DNA of 64,000 nucleotides, from assembly GCA_024679065.1 (NCBI GenBank), contig JAGIQG010000040.1:9300001-9364000 (forward strand), in the 5' to 3' direction. The notes below the pieces were generated by a model, which was not told the DNA's origin, did not search any database, and saw only the letters and a program-made list of their open reading frames with translations. The stretch's first letter is position 1; each line of letters begins with the position of its first letter. The position numbers and the translations under genes are program-made. Source of the stretch: Sphyrna mokarran. Lineage: Eukaryota. Below, piece after piece: positions 1-12,209 of the stretch.

Positions 1-440
1 GGATGGCTGAATGAATTATTTCCATCTCTGGAGCATTTGAACAAAAATCTGTCAGTGTGAATATGTCGGTGAGCCAACAGGTTGGATGATGGGAGTGAAA
101 TCAGTCCAACACACGGAGCCGGTGAACGGCCTCTGCCCACTGTGACTGCACGATGAGCTTCCAGCTCAGACGAGTAACTCAGTCCCTCCTCACTGTCTTC
201 ACTCTTACATGGTTCCTCACCAGGATGTTTATATTTGTAGCTCCTGAGGCCAAATGATCAGCTGAAGCCTCATCCACAAAGTGAACAGCTTTACCCACTG
301 TGAACAATGCTTTATTCTTCAATGTTTAAAGTCTGAATGTTAATCAATTTACTGTTAACTGGGAAGCTCCGTCAGGTCCTGATGTGATGTTTCTTCGAAG
401 ATTCCTGACTGCAAATCCTCCTCTTCTAAAACTCTGTGAC
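1..440 (-). pseudogene. Decayed C2H2 zinc-finger gene, unit A (runs off the left edge)
   Basis: Reverse complement contains degenerate finger/linker codons (HSGQRPFTGSVC, SNLLAHRHIHTD) with stops and frameshifts. 370-600 is clearly paralogous to the intron/acceptor region 12845-13080 of unit C. Confidence 0.75.
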
Positions 441-619
441 ACTGAGTGTAAAAGAAAAACAAAGTGAAAAAGAATCCACAGAAACACAAAGACAGGTTCT
501 GAAACTGAGCTGAATGGATCTGGTGATTTGTGGGGTTAGCACTAGGAAAAAAGTGAATGTAAAAATCGCTGGACTATCATAAAAACCCACTGATTCACTG
601 ATGTCTGGCAAAGAAATGA

Positions 620-1150
620 CTGAATATCACCCATTCAATAGGAACATGGATGATTTGACATTTCTCATGTTCACTTTCTTACTCTTTCCCCGTAACCCTT
701 GATTTCCTTCCTGATCAAAAATATACACAAAGTCCCTGCCCCCACAGCTCTCTGTGGTAAGGAATTGCAAAGACTCCCAACCCTCTGGGAGAAGGAATTG
801 CTCCTGATCTGTGTCTTAAATTAGCACCTTTTGTCTTGAGACTGTGTCCTCTAGTCCTAGACTCTCCCATGACAGGAAATATCTGCTCAGAATTTACCTT
901 GTCAAGTCCCTAAAGAATCCGATATGCTTCAATAAGATCACCTCTCATTCTTCTAAACTCCAATGAGGAGAGTCATAACCTATCCTCATAAAACAATTCC
1001 TCCATAACAGGGATAATCCTTGAGGATCTATCCTGAACTGCCTTCAAGGAAATAATATTTTTCCTTAAATAAGACCAAAACTGCTCACCATATTCCAGAT
1101 ATGTTCTCACCAGTACCTTGTACAGTTGCAACAAAACTTCCCTAAGACTG
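620..1150 (-). mobile_element. Old CR1-type LINE 3' fragment
   Basis: Antisense similarity to the CR1 ORF2 C-terminal region seen intact elsewhere in the window (40700-41200); heavily mutated. Confidence 0.6.
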
Positions 1151-1432
1151 GTACCTCACAGCACCAAAGATCTGGTTCAATTCCCAGCTTGGGCCACTGT
1201 CTGTGCGGAGTTTGCACATTCTCCCAGATTCTGTGTGGGTTTCCTCCAGGTGCTCCAGTTCCCTCCCACAGTCCCAAGATAAGCAGGTCAGGTGGATTGG
1301 CTATGCTAAATTGTCCCTTCGTGTTCGGGGGACTAGCTTGATAAGTACATGGGGTTATGGGTGGGATTGTGATCGGTGCAGACTCGATGAGCCGAATGCC
1401 CTCCTTCTGCACTGTAAGATTCTATGATTCTC
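1150..1432 (+). mobile_element. tRNA-derived shark SINE (HE1-like), 5' truncated
   Basis: B-box-like GGTTCAATTCC, core 'ctgtgcggagtttgcacattctcc..gggtttcctccaggtgctccagtttcc', tail 'ctgcactgtaagattctatgattc' shared with other copies. Confidence 0.8.
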
Positions 1433-1639
1433 TGATTTTTAGCAACTTCTCAGCCATCTTTATGCTCATTTACATTCCCTTCATCCCATTCCACCCCACA
1501 GTATAAATCTTTTCTGATTCTCTTTACCCTTAGCTCTGACATAGGCTCATCCAGACTGGAAACATTGCCTCTATTCTCTTCCCCCAGGAGCTGTCTGACC
1601 TGCTGAGATTTTCCAGCATTGTCTGCTTTAGCTCCGCCC

Positions 1640-1990
1640 ACTGACCGCGCATGCGCTCTGCTCCCCGCTGAATAAACATGGCGGCCGCGGCCCTGGGCCG
1701 GATCCCGGATAAAATCCCCGCAAACCCGGGAGCCGCAGGCTCTGATTCCGGCCTTGCGGTCTACAGCGGGTGTTTGTGAAGCCCCCGCTCCCTCCCCACC
1801 CCCGCTCCCGGCTCCATTCCTCCCTCCGCCCCACTGATTCTCACCCGCTAAAACAAACCGCTCCCGCACTCGCAGGGCTCCGAGGGAAGTGACACTGCGC
1901 ATGCTCCAGAGGCAGCACCGCGCCTGCGTACTGGCCTCCTGTGGAGTGAATAGGGCACTTTCACACCCGCAGCGAATGCTGGGTGATAGC
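1640..1990 (-). promoter_or_regulatory. CpG-island promoter of ZNF unit A
   Basis: CpG-rich; NRF1 GCGCATGCGC (~1648), YY1-like AACATGGCGGC (~1675), GC box (~1826), ZNF143/Staf-like CACCCAGCATTCGCTGCG on the minus strand (1968-1985). Confidence 0.7.
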
Positions 1991-2188
1991 TGCACCATTG
2001 ACATCTTAGTTAATACAAAATAGATTTATGAACATTTGAAATGAATTAACAAAATATTGTGAATTTGTGATTTGCTATACTCCATTTCTGTAAGCTCTGC
2101 TGTGGATCACACAGAAATATCACCGCTTTTATACCGTTTTCCCTCTCACTTCTTCCTTGATGATGCTGATTCTGACTGGGTTCAATCG

Positions 2189-2375
2189 TGATGTGGAGAT
2201 GCCGGCGTTGGACTAAGGTAAGCATCGTAAGAGATCTCGCAATACCAGGTTTTAGTCCAACAGGTTTATTTGATAGCACAAGCTTTCAGAGTGTTCCTCC
2301 TTCAGGTGAGTGAAGAATTGTGTTCACAAACAAGGTATACATAGACACAGACTCAATTTACAAGGTAATGGCTGA
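2189..2375 (-). mobile_element. Penelope-like pLTR fragment with degenerate hammerhead motif
   Basis: Reverse complement matches 34720-34878 (cacctga..ggag..gaaagcttgtg..aaataaacctgttggact..acctggt). Confidence 0.7.
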
Positions 2376-3420
2376 ACATAAGAATATAAAAAATAGGAGC
2401 AGGAGTAGGCATCGAGCCCATCAAGTCTGCCCTGCCATTCAATAAGATCATGGCTGATCTGAAGTGGATCGGTTCCACTTTCCTACTTTCTCCCCATAAC
2501 TTTTAATTCTCTTGTCTATCAGAAACGTACCTACTTGTGATTTAAATATATTCAGTGAAGTAGCTTCCACCACTTCAATGGGCAGAGAATTCCAGAGACT
2601 CACCACCCTTTGAGTGAAGTTCCTCCTCAATTCCGATCTAAACTGCCCCTCTCCCCCAGCAGCGAGTTCCAGGCACTTATCACCTCTATGTAAAAAAAAA
2701 CTTGCTTTGTACATCTCCTTTAAACATTGCCCCTCGTTACTTAAACCTATGCCCCCAGGTAATTGATTCTTCCACACCGGGAAAAAACTCTTGACTATCC
2801 ACTCTGTCCATGCCCCTCATAATTTTGTAGACTTTATCAGGCCGCCCTTCAACCTCCATCATTCCAAGTGAGAACAAACCAAGTTTCTCCAGCCTCTTCT
2901 CATAGCTAATGCCGTCCATGTCAGGCAACATCCTGGTCAATTTTTTCTGTATGCTCTACAAAGCCTCTATATCTCTCTGGCACTGTGGCAACCAGAATTG
3001 AACACTATATCCAAGTGCAGTATAACCAAGATTTTATAAAGCTGCAACATGACTTGCCAATTTTTAAACCGTGTGCCCAGGCCAATGAAGGCAAGCATGC
3101 CATATGCTTTCTTGACCACCTTCTCCACCTGCATTGCCAGTTTCAGTGACCTGTGTATCAGTACACCGAGATCCCTCTGTCTATCAATACTCTTAAGGGT
3201 TCTGCCAGTTACTGTATGTTTCCTATCCGGATTAGACCTTCCAAAATGCATTACCTCTCATTTGTCCAGATTAAATTCCATTTGCCATTTCTCCATTCAA
3301 GTCTCCAATCGGTCTATTTCCTTCTGTATCCTCTGAGAATCCTCATTGCTATTTGCAAATTCACCAACCTTTATGTCATTTGCAAACTTACTAATCAAAC
3401 CAGTTACATGTTCCTCCAAA
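2376..3420 (-). mobile_element. Two adjacent CR1 LINE 3' fragments
   Basis: Minus-strand ORFs 2448-2777, 2737-2940 and 2967-3251 translate to CR1 ORF2 C-terminal motifs (MHFGRSN, QRDLGV, AYGMLAFI, RRNFTQRVVSLWNSLP). Confidence 0.85.
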
Positions 3421-3709
3421 CCATAAATATAACAAACAGAGTCATTTATAGAAATTACAAAAAATTGTGTGTCGGTATGTGCCTGTGTGTGTCAGAGTGG
3501 GAGTGTCTGCCTCTCTGTGTCTGTCTGCGTGTTTTGAAGAAACCTTTGCTAACTGATGCCTATTGTTTCCTTGTGTTAGTTTAATCACGACAGTGTCTGA
3601 GAAATCAACTTCAGTTTTATCTGATGTGACTTTAAGTTTAACAGAGGGATTGAGGGTTTTTAAAAATTCTTTCCTTTCTACCTCAGTGTAGGTCAAAACT
3701 CCCCACATA

Positions 3710-4010
3710 CGAACATAGCAATAGGAGTAGGCCATTCAATCCCATGAGTCTGTTTGCCCCATTAAATGAGATCATGGCTCTTCAGTGGCCTAACTCTATA
3801 TAACTGCCTTTAGCCCATATCCCTTCATAACTTTGTTTAACAAAAAATATACCTATCTCAAAATTTAAAGGTGGCAACAAATTTAGCATCAATTGTCTTT
3901 TGTAGAAGAGAGCTCCAAACCTCTACCATCTTTTCTGCGTAGAGATGCTTCCTAATATCCCTCCTGAAAGGCCTAACTCTAATTTTTAGACTGCCTCCTG
4001 GATCTAGAAA
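3710..4010 (-). mobile_element. CR1 LINE 3' end fragment
   Basis: Antisense CR1 tail 'gaacatagcaataggagtaggccattcaatccc' and ORF motif SLKIRVRPFRRDIRKH. Confidence 0.7.
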
Positions 4011-4016
4011 CTCTGT

Positions 4017-4320
4017 GATGTGGAGATGCTGGCGTTGGACTGGAGTAAACATAGTAAGAAGTCTCACAACACCAGGTTAAAGTCCAACAAGTTTATTTGA
4101 TAGTAAACCTACTATCTACTATGCTGCTCCTTTGTCAGGTGTGTGGAAGGTTCTGATCAGAGAACGGCATATAATGACACACACAGTTTACAGAATATGG
4201 ATTAGAATGCAAGTCTTTACAGGTAATCTGCTATTCAAGTCTTAAAGATGCAGGCAACATGAGTAGAGATAGCATTAGGCATAGATTAAAGAGATGCATA
4301 TTGTTTCCAGACAAGACAAT
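4017..4320 (-). mobile_element. Penelope-like pLTR fragment (target of a later CR1 insertion)
   Basis: Antisense homology to 34600-34878; host sequence resumes after 4787 (aataggtgaga). Confidence 0.65.
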
Positions 4321-4329
4321 GTCTTGTCT

Positions 4330-4787
4330 GGTCTTATGAGGCAGGTCTTATGAGGAGGTCTTATGAGGCAGGTCTTATGAGGAGAGGCTGAGGGATTTGA
4401 GGTTGTTTTCATTAGAAAGGAGGAGGCTAAGAGGGGACCTGATCGAAACATATAAGATGATTAGAGGTTTAGATAGGGTGGACAGTGATAGCCTTTTTCC
4501 TAGGATAGAAAAAGCTAGCACGAGGGGACACAGCTTTAAATTAAGGGGTGATAGTTATAGGACGGATATCAGAGGTAGGTTCTTTACCCAAAGGGTGGTT
4601 CGGGAGGGGAATGCCCTGCCTGCAGCAGTTGTAGATGCGCCAAGTTTGGTGGCGTTTAAGAGGTTAGTTGATAAGTATAGGGAAGAGAAGGGAATGGTTT
4701 AGTTTGGAGGGGCATTGCTTTTTATATTGGTCGGCGCAACATCGAAGGCCGAAGGGCCTGTTCTGTGCTGTAATGTTCTATGTTCTA
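4330..4787 (+). mobile_element. Young CR1 LINE, 5' truncated
   Basis: ORF LFSLERRRLRGDLIETYK...; nearly identical to 40800-41225; (TTCTATG)n tail. Confidence 0.9.
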
Positions 4788-5854
4788 ATAGGTGAGATGC
4801 CCTAAAACTATGTCACCTCATGACTGACCCCTCAATCAAGGTTCTATTCACCCAGTCCATATTCTTCATAATCTTATATACCACAATCATGTCCCTCTCC
4901 ACTTCCTCTGCTCTAAAGTAAACACTCCAAACCTATCCAGTCTTCTTATAACTCAAATATTTCATCCCTATTGCTGGGTCAAAATCCTGAATTTGACTCA
5001 ACATCCTGGTGAATCTCCCCTGTACCCCTTCTAGAAACTGGAAAATTTACCTTTAAAAAGTATTTGGATGAGCACTTGAAATATTATAGTATTTATATAA
5101 CAATATGGAACAAGTGCTGGCAATCACATCCTTCCTATAGTGAGGTGACCAGAACTACTCCAGCTGTGGCCTAACTGACATGTTGTACAACTCCAACATT
5201 ATCTCCTTGTGCTTATAGTGTATGCCACCACTGATAAAAGCAAGTGTCTCATATGCCTTATCTATTCTATTCAGCTGCTCTGCTACCTTAAGAGTGAATA
5301 AGTACCTCAAGATCTATCTGCTCCTCTAATTTTACCTCGTGTCCTTCCAATCATTAATTATTTCCTATCTTGTTACTTCATCCAAAGTGTATCACTTTGC
5401 ACTTATCAAGATTAAATACTGTATTTTTTTATTAGTTTGTGGGACATGGGCATCTCTAGCAGGCCATCCCTAGCTGTCCTTGAGGAGGTAGTGGTGAGCT
5501 ACCTTCTCGAACTGCTGCAGTTCATGTGCCGATGGTTTACCTACAATGCAGTTAGGGAAGGAATTCCAGGATTTTGACCCAGTGACTGTGAAGGAACGAC
5601 GATATATTTCGAAATCTACCACTGTTCTGCCTATCCGATCAATCCAACTATATCTTGCTGCAACCTACGACAGAGTTGGGCGGACTCTAAAAGGACCCTG
5701 GGTTTCTGGAATACTCGCCCAGTAACAACCCCACCACACAACTAGTAGATGTATTAATTCGTTTAATAATTTTATATATTAGCCCTATAGTTTTGATCAT
5801 AACTGGATGATAAAGAACAGTTTTCTGTTGAATACGATCTCCTTCCTATGGCAG

Positions 5855-6130
5855 AGTTCCCACCCAGCATTCACAGCAGGAGAGAATGTGCCGTATTGTC
5901 ACAATAGCAGCCGCTTGCGCAGGCGCAGTAGCTGATTCTAAGCGGAGCATGCGTTGTGCAGGTTCGGGTTGGCCCATGCGCAGTGTGGGTGCTGGAGCTG
6001 CAGGGAAGTGGGTGCAGAGGCTTCAGAAACAGTCAGTGGAGGAGGCCTTAAACCCAGAATAAAAAACCCCGGGCCCGAGTTTGCACCGACCCGCGGGGTA
6101 ATTGCAGCAACTCTACAATCGGGGAGGGGG
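5855..6130 (+). promoter_or_regulatory. CpG-island promoter of ZNF unit B
   Basis: ZNF143-like CACCCAGCATTCACAGCA (5861-5878), NRF1-like TGCGCAGGCGCA (~5917), further GCATGCG half-sites. Confidence 0.7.
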
Positions 6131-6755
6131 TGATAATATCAGTGATCCAGCCGAGTGTTCTGGGGATGGGTTCAAGTCCCATCATGGAGCCTGGGGGGTG
6201 AGATTTAAATAGAATTCACGAAATGCCGTAAAATCTGGATATAATTTCATTTGAGTAACCATTACAGCTGTGAACAATTTTAAAAATCCACCCTGTTTAT
6301 TCATGAGTGTCTGCTGTCTTTCCATAGACTTGTCAACGTGCAATTCCGTCTCTAACTGCCCTCCTCAGGGGCAGGAAATAAATGCTGGTCTTGACAATAA
6401 AACCTACATCATATGAAGTAGTGAAGGAGAAACACTGATAGACTTGGGTTAATGGCTGTCATCTTTCTCGGAGGCAGGACACATGCACAGTTATCACTGT
6501 CCCTGCGAGAAAATCCTGGACTGACAGTGATAGATTTTGGAGTCTCCTTTTCCAGAGGGTTAGAAGAGGAGGATTTACACACAGTAAACTCAAATCAAAA
6601 GAAACATTTGCTTCAATTTTTAACTTCAGACTTTTTTTTTTTACATGATATTAGAAGTGCAGGAGTAGAAGGGAGAAAGCTGAAACCAAAAGTTGCATCA
6701 GGATCTGACGCTATCGCTTAAATTATTGTAAACTGAATATCATTGTGTTTTGAAC

Positions 6756-7793
6756 ATGGAAGGGGAAAGCACAGTTAATAGTGGAGAGAAACTGTACACA
6801 TGTTCTGTGTGTGGACGAACATTCAGCCGATCATCTGGCCTGTTGAGACATAAATGCAATCACAACAGGGAGAAACAATGGAAATGTGCAGACTGTGGGA
6901 GGAGATTCAGATTTCCATCTGAACTGAAAACGCATCGACACAATCACACTGGAGAGAAACCATTCACCTGCTCTGAGTGTGGGAAGGGGTTCACCACCTC
7001 ATCCATCTTGTTGACACACCAGCGACTTCACACTGGGGAGAGACCGTTCACCTGCTCCGAGTGTGGGATGGGATTCATTTGTTCATCCCACTTGCTGAAA
7101 CACCAGTGGGTTCACACTGGGGAGAGGCCATTCATCTGTCATGATTGTGGGAAAGGATTCATTACCTCATCAATCCTGCTGACACACCAGAGAGTTCACA
7201 CTAGAGAGAGACCATTCCGATGCCCTGATTGTGGGAAGGGATTCCCTACCTCTTCTATCCTGCTGAAACACCAGCGAGTTCACACTGGAGAGAGGCCGTT
7301 TGCCTGCTCTCAGTGTGGAAAGGGATTCACTGATTCATCCTGTCTGCTGAAACACCAGAGAATTCATAACGGGGAGAGGCCATTTATCTGCTCCAAATGT
7401 GGGAAGGGATTCACCCAGTCATTCAACCTCCTAAAACACCAGCGAGGTCACACCGGAGAGAGGCCGTTCACCTGCTCTGAGTGTGGGAAGGGTTTCAGTC
7501 AGTCATCCATCTTGTTGAAACACCAGCGAGTTCACACTGGGGAGAGGCCATTCACTTGCTCAAGTTGTGGGCAGGGATTTATTGATTCGTCCACCCTCCA
7601 GAGACACCAGCGAGTTCACAGTGGTGAGAGACCATTCACCTGCTCTGATTGTGGTAAGAGCTTCAGTCAATCATCCAACCTGGTAAAGCACCAGCGAATT
7701 CACACTGGAGAGAGGCCATTCACCTGCTCCATGTGTGGGAAGGGATTCACTCAGTCACCTCACCTGCTGAAACACCAGCGTGTTCACAAATGA
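6756..7793 (+). CDS. C2H2 zinc-finger protein with 12 tandem fingers, unit B (intact)
   Basis: Uninterrupted ORF from ATG 6756 ([16 protein letters not shown]) with 12 CxxC-x12-HxxxH repeats and HTGERPF linkers; TGA 7791-7793; AATAAA at ~7859. Confidence 0.9.
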   Translation: MEGESTVNSGEKLYTCSVCGRTFSRSSGLLRHKCNHNREKQWKCADCGRRFRFPSELKTHRHNHTGEKPFTCSECGKGFTTSSILLTHQRLHTGERPFTCSECGMGFICSSHLLKHQWVHTGERPFICHDCGKGFITSSILLTHQRVHTRERPFRCPDCGKGFPTSSILLKHQRVHTGERPFACSQCGKGFTDSSCLLKHQRIHNGERPFICSKCGKGFTQSFNLLKHQRGHTGERPFTCSECGKGFSQSSILLKHQRVHTGERPFTCSSCGQGFIDSSTLQRHQRVHSGERPFTCSDCGKSFSQSSNLVKHQRIHTGERPFTCSMCGKGFTQSPHLLKHQRVHK

Positions 7794-8194
7794 CTACAAG
7801 AACTAGATCTTGCTCGAGGTTCTAACTATTTTCACTGATCTGTGTGTCTGCTGATGTTAATAAACCCTAGCCCAATTGGAAGGATTATATTTTGGGTGGA
7901 ACTCAAATACACAAGCTTTATGTTTAACACAGTGTGATAGTTCCATATGAAGGGCTTCCCCCTTTCCGTCTGCTCCATCCTCACCAACAACAAGTGTGAG
8001 GAGCTTCTTTGTCGCCAAGATGGAAACAATCTGATCTGCTGCTTCTCTCCCTTCCATTAGCCCACTGGGCCAAACTGTCTCTAAATTTCCTTCTGATCTG
8101 ACTCTTGAACTCATAAGTGAAAACAGGAAGTGCAGTAAAAACTCAGCAGGTCTGACAGCCTCTCTGGAGAGAGAACAGGTTTAATGTTTTTGGT

Positions 8195-8352
8195 GGTATG
8201 GTAGCACAGTGGTTAGCACTGCTGCTTCACAGTGCCAGGGACCCAGATTTGATTCCCGGTCACTATCTGTGTGGAGTTTGTATGTTCTCCCCGTGACTGT
8301 GTGGGTTTCCTCCGGGTGCTCTGGTTTCCTCACACGTTCTGAAAGACGTCCT
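8195..8352 (+). mobile_element. tRNA-derived SINE inserted inside a short inverted Penelope-derived element (8120-8440)
   Basis: A box TAGCACAGTGG, B box-like GATTTGATTCC and SINE core; flanks are antisense and sense copies of the 'cagatgctgtcagacctgctgag' repeat. Confidence 0.75.
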
Positions 8353-9129
8353 GGTTTTGGAACTGAAGAGTCATATTCAACTGGAAAGATTAACTTTTTA
8401 CAGATACTGTCAGATATAAAGAGATTTTGCAGCAACTTCAACTTGAATGCTGGAAATATGCTGTCGAATCAGAGATTGGTGTAAAATTGGGATCTACTCC
8501 AAAATGAAAGTAAAACAGCAGATTAAAGTTTGTAAGCTGTAAATTACTGTCTTTATTATACTGTATCTGCCATTTAAAGGCCAGTTTTAACTCATTTAAA
8601 AGAAACCTGTTTAAAATATATTTGTTAAAGTCGACATTAAAATACTATTGGATGAGTTCACAGGAGCTTGTTAATTGCTGGGAGAGTTATACAAAAGACA
8701 TTGGATCTCCAGGTAGAGAATTTGCAGGAATTCCCTGTTTTATTGATGGATGTGTGTGTTAGACACCAGGATAACTAAAAATGCACAAATCTGGGACATA
8801 GTGGTGATATGATTCTGACAGTTACTCTGGGAATCACTCCCACAGTGAAACTTCAGCACTGACCCTGCTGAATGTTATAGGCTCAGGGAGTGGGGCCTCC
8901 AGGAGAGGACAATAAAAAAGCTGGGTTTTTGTATCCTGACTAATGCGTGGTGAGGAAGCAGAAAACTCCTTACTAAAGAACTGTTTGGGATTTTACCTGT
9001 CAGCGTAGGTTCAGGGGTGAATGATTCCTGACTCCCTGAGGTGTCTGATATTGAACATGGCTTGGAACAGGATGGATTCAATTTCCAGAAATAGGGACAA
9101 ATATCATTCACAACTGAGGGGAAAACAGC

Positions 9130-9950
9130 TACCTTGATTAATGACTTGGATGAAGGGATTGACAGTATTGTCGCCAAAATGAATGATACAAAGATAGGTA
9201 GGAAAGCAAGTTGTGAGGTACATGTTAAAAATCTGCAAGGGACATAGATAAGTTATCTGAATGGACAGAAAAATGACAAATAGAGTCCAGTGTGGAAAAA
9301 AGGGAGCTTTTTCACTTTGGCAGGAAGACTAATAAAGCAGAAAATTATTTAAATACAAGAAACTGAAGAATACTGCTCTACAGAAGAATCTGGGTGTCCT
9401 TGTATATGAATCATGAAAAAATGGGATGAAGGTACGGCAAGTAGAGAAGGCGAAAGGAGCATTGGTTTTACTGCAAGTGTTTTCAAGAGTTTGAAAAAGG
9501 GAACTTGTTACGATGACACAGGACATTGCTGAGATACCACCTGGAGTACTGTGGAAGTTTTGGTTTTCCTACTTAGGGAATGACATGCTTTCATTGAAGA
9601 GAGTTCAGAGAAGGTTCACGAGGCCGATTCCAAAGCTAAATGTGTTATTTTTTGAGGAAAGGTTGTGAAAGTGTAGGGGAGAATTCTGTCATCCTGCCCA
9701 CCACAGGAATCTTAATTTCTCTTAAGGGGAAAAGCAAAATGTAAAGTTTATTTATTAGTCACAAGTAAGCTTACATTAACACTGCAGTGAAGTTACTGGG
9801 AAACTGGAGACAATCAATTTAAAACAGTCGCTAAGAAATCCAATAGGATATCCAGGATAAATTTCTCTACACAAAGAGTGATGAGAATATGGAAATCGTA
9901 ACTAAGGCAGTGAAATGAACGGTTTTTTAGGGGAATTTGAACAAGTACTT
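9130..9950 (+). mobile_element. Old CR1 LINE fragment with a SINE 3' remnant (9745-9800, minus)
   Basis: Degenerate INDLDEG, RPHLEYC and VQRRFTR codons. Confidence 0.65.
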
Positions 9951-10487
9951 ATGAATGATTTTAGTCTTTTTGAAATAAATACTGAATGAAGTATAAAACC
10001 AATAAAGTGACAGAAGATAATTTGAAAGGTGTGAGTCTCTGTATGTGAGGGTGTCTGTGAGTGTGTGTGTTGCTTTTCATTGGTGTCACAGAATCCTTCC
10101 TCTGAGCAGACAATCTGGCCCTCGAATGATGTGACTTGCACAACTCAGAGATTCTCCATTCAGAATGGAACCACAGGCTGACATCTCTACAACGAGGCAC
10201 CACTTCTGGAAAATGTGAAGTGACTACAATTTTCGAGATTGATTTCTTTGCTCTCAATATTTTCTCAGTTCATAAGTTCATAAATTCCATCAGTACATTA
10301 CCCTTGAACACATTGATGGTCTCCACTTTAAATACTTCCCTCAGTCTTACCAACATATAGCAATTGGATTGCTGCTATTACGGGGATTCATTCTTAAATT
10401 CTGTAAATCTGATTCCCACCTAATACCAACCCATATCTCCATCTGAGTTCCAGATTTTTCTTAAAACACAGGCAGTCTGATAATAAT

Positions 10488-10760
10488 TAGCATTGCTGCC
10501 TCACAGTGCCAGGAACCCGGGTTCAATTCATGCTTCAGCTCACTGTCTGTGTGGTGTCTGCATGTTCTGCGTAGGTGTGGTTTCCTCTGAGTGCTTTTGT
10601 TTTCTTCCACACTCCAAAAATGTGCAGATTAGATTGATCGACTACTCTAAATTGTGTCGAGGATTGGCAGGATAACTACATGGGTTACACGGATAGGGCA
10701 GTGTGAGATCGTTGTCAGTTTAGGGTCAATCACCTCCTATTGCACTGTAGGGATTCTATA
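10488..10760 (+). mobile_element. tRNA-derived SINE (HE1-like)
   Basis: GGGTTCAATTC B box, core, tail 'tgcactgtagggattcta'. Confidence 0.75.
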
Positions 10761-11069
10761 CTGTCTGTACTTTCATTATATTGGATCCAATACTCTGTTC
10801 ACTAACTGGAATAAACACTGTGTTAGTTATACTCACAGTAAATCAATCCAAAGTAAATCAAACCAATCAATGACGAAAGGTCATCCAGACTCGAAACGTT
10901 GGCTGGAATCTCTCTCCACAGTTACTGTAAGCCCTACTGAGACTTTGTAGTATTTTCTACTTATCTTTAAGTCAGTGTTTTGCTGTGTTTTCTCTGTGCT
11001 CCATCCCCACTCTGATTGTACTCGAGCCTGTGGTGTCATTGTTACACTGACACTCTGTTATTATTGGAC

Positions 11070-11500
11070 AAGCAGCAAGTCACCGTCACAATGCCCGGCT
11101 GATTGACGGCGGCAAGGACCAATGGAAAAATGAGGGGCTGGCGGTCCGCGCGAAAGAGGCTGGTCTTCCAACCAATCACAGTGAATGAGGGGCGGGGCCC
11201 GCTCTGACTGGCGCATGCGTATTGTGGGTAATGGCGACGGAAAACGGCTGTTTTTTCGGCTCGGAGATAGGCGAGAAATGATTGACGGTACGGAGGAGAC
11301 GAGGGATCTCCCGGGTGGGCGAAAACGCTGCGGAAGCGGGTTGTGAAATCCGGGAACTTCGGTAAAGAGCTTCATGGATCCAGTTTGTACCGAGCGATAC
11401 TGCAACTCCTCATATTCGGGCCACATTCACGGCCGCCATCTTTATTGGAGGTAATATGCAACAAGGCGCATGCGCAGCTGCCATTGTTTCGGGGTAATGA
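11070..11500 (+). promoter_or_regulatory. CpG-island promoter of ZNF unit C
   Basis: CCAAT boxes (~11119, ~11171), GC box GGGGCGGGG (~11188), NRF1 GCGCATGCG (~11211, ~11466), YY1 GCCGCCATCTT (~11432). Confidence 0.7.
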
Positions 11501-12209
11501 TGTCATTGAGTGGGAGGAGCTTGTTCCCCATTGTTCAGAATGGAGACAAAATGTCCATCAAACTGCATCAACCCTCTGAGTCCCAATGTCTTATTGATGA
11601 GGCAGAGCGGTGGCAGAAAAGGAAAGAAACCCTTTGACAACGGGTCATCTGGCCTCAATATCAGCTCTTTTCGCTCCTTACAGATGCTGCCAGACCTGCA
11701 GAGATTTTCCACATTTTTTCTTCTGGAAAGGGAAATAAATCCTGCTTTCCAGATCCCACTGTATCATGGGATGCCTTTCCCATTTGCTCAAAGATCTGTG
11801 GGCTCAGTTCAGTCACATGAATATCTATGGCAGAAACTCATAACCCTGAGGAGACATCACCCTCGAATCGAGGGCTTGTTGACAATGACAAAGGGAAAAG
11901 TGTAGCAGGGAGCCTAAGTAGTTGACCTGGTCAATTCTTATTGAATTTCATTTTCTGACTGATAGTGATGCCTTTTGTACATTTCATTTACAGGGTATTA
12001 GGGGAGGATTTGCAGCCATCTCAAATGGAATCTTGCATCGTCAACCGACATTGTTAGTCGATTCATCAGGACCTGGATGCAGCCATCATTTAAACGTAAG
12101 CAATGAGTTCCAAGTCATTACCCCTCATGGTATAAAATTTCTTCCTCATATTGCCCTGTAGATTTTGCTCAAAATCTTAAATCTGTGCCCCTTAATTCTT
12201 TTGTAGTTG

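Noticed and set aside
1450-2004. 184-aa minus-strand ORF
   Set aside because: Stop-poor GC-rich promoter plus repeat sequence; no domain signature.
3442-3735. Possible Penelope RT remnant (EFLKTLNPSVKLK..VDFSDT), with a related flank at ~9970-10090
   Set aside because: Too short and degenerate to assign without a profile search.
8195-8260. SINE heads as tRNA genes (also ~10490, ~12535, ~15995, ~61615)
   Set aside because: A/B boxes are present but the cloverleaf is incomplete and each runs into a SINE core.
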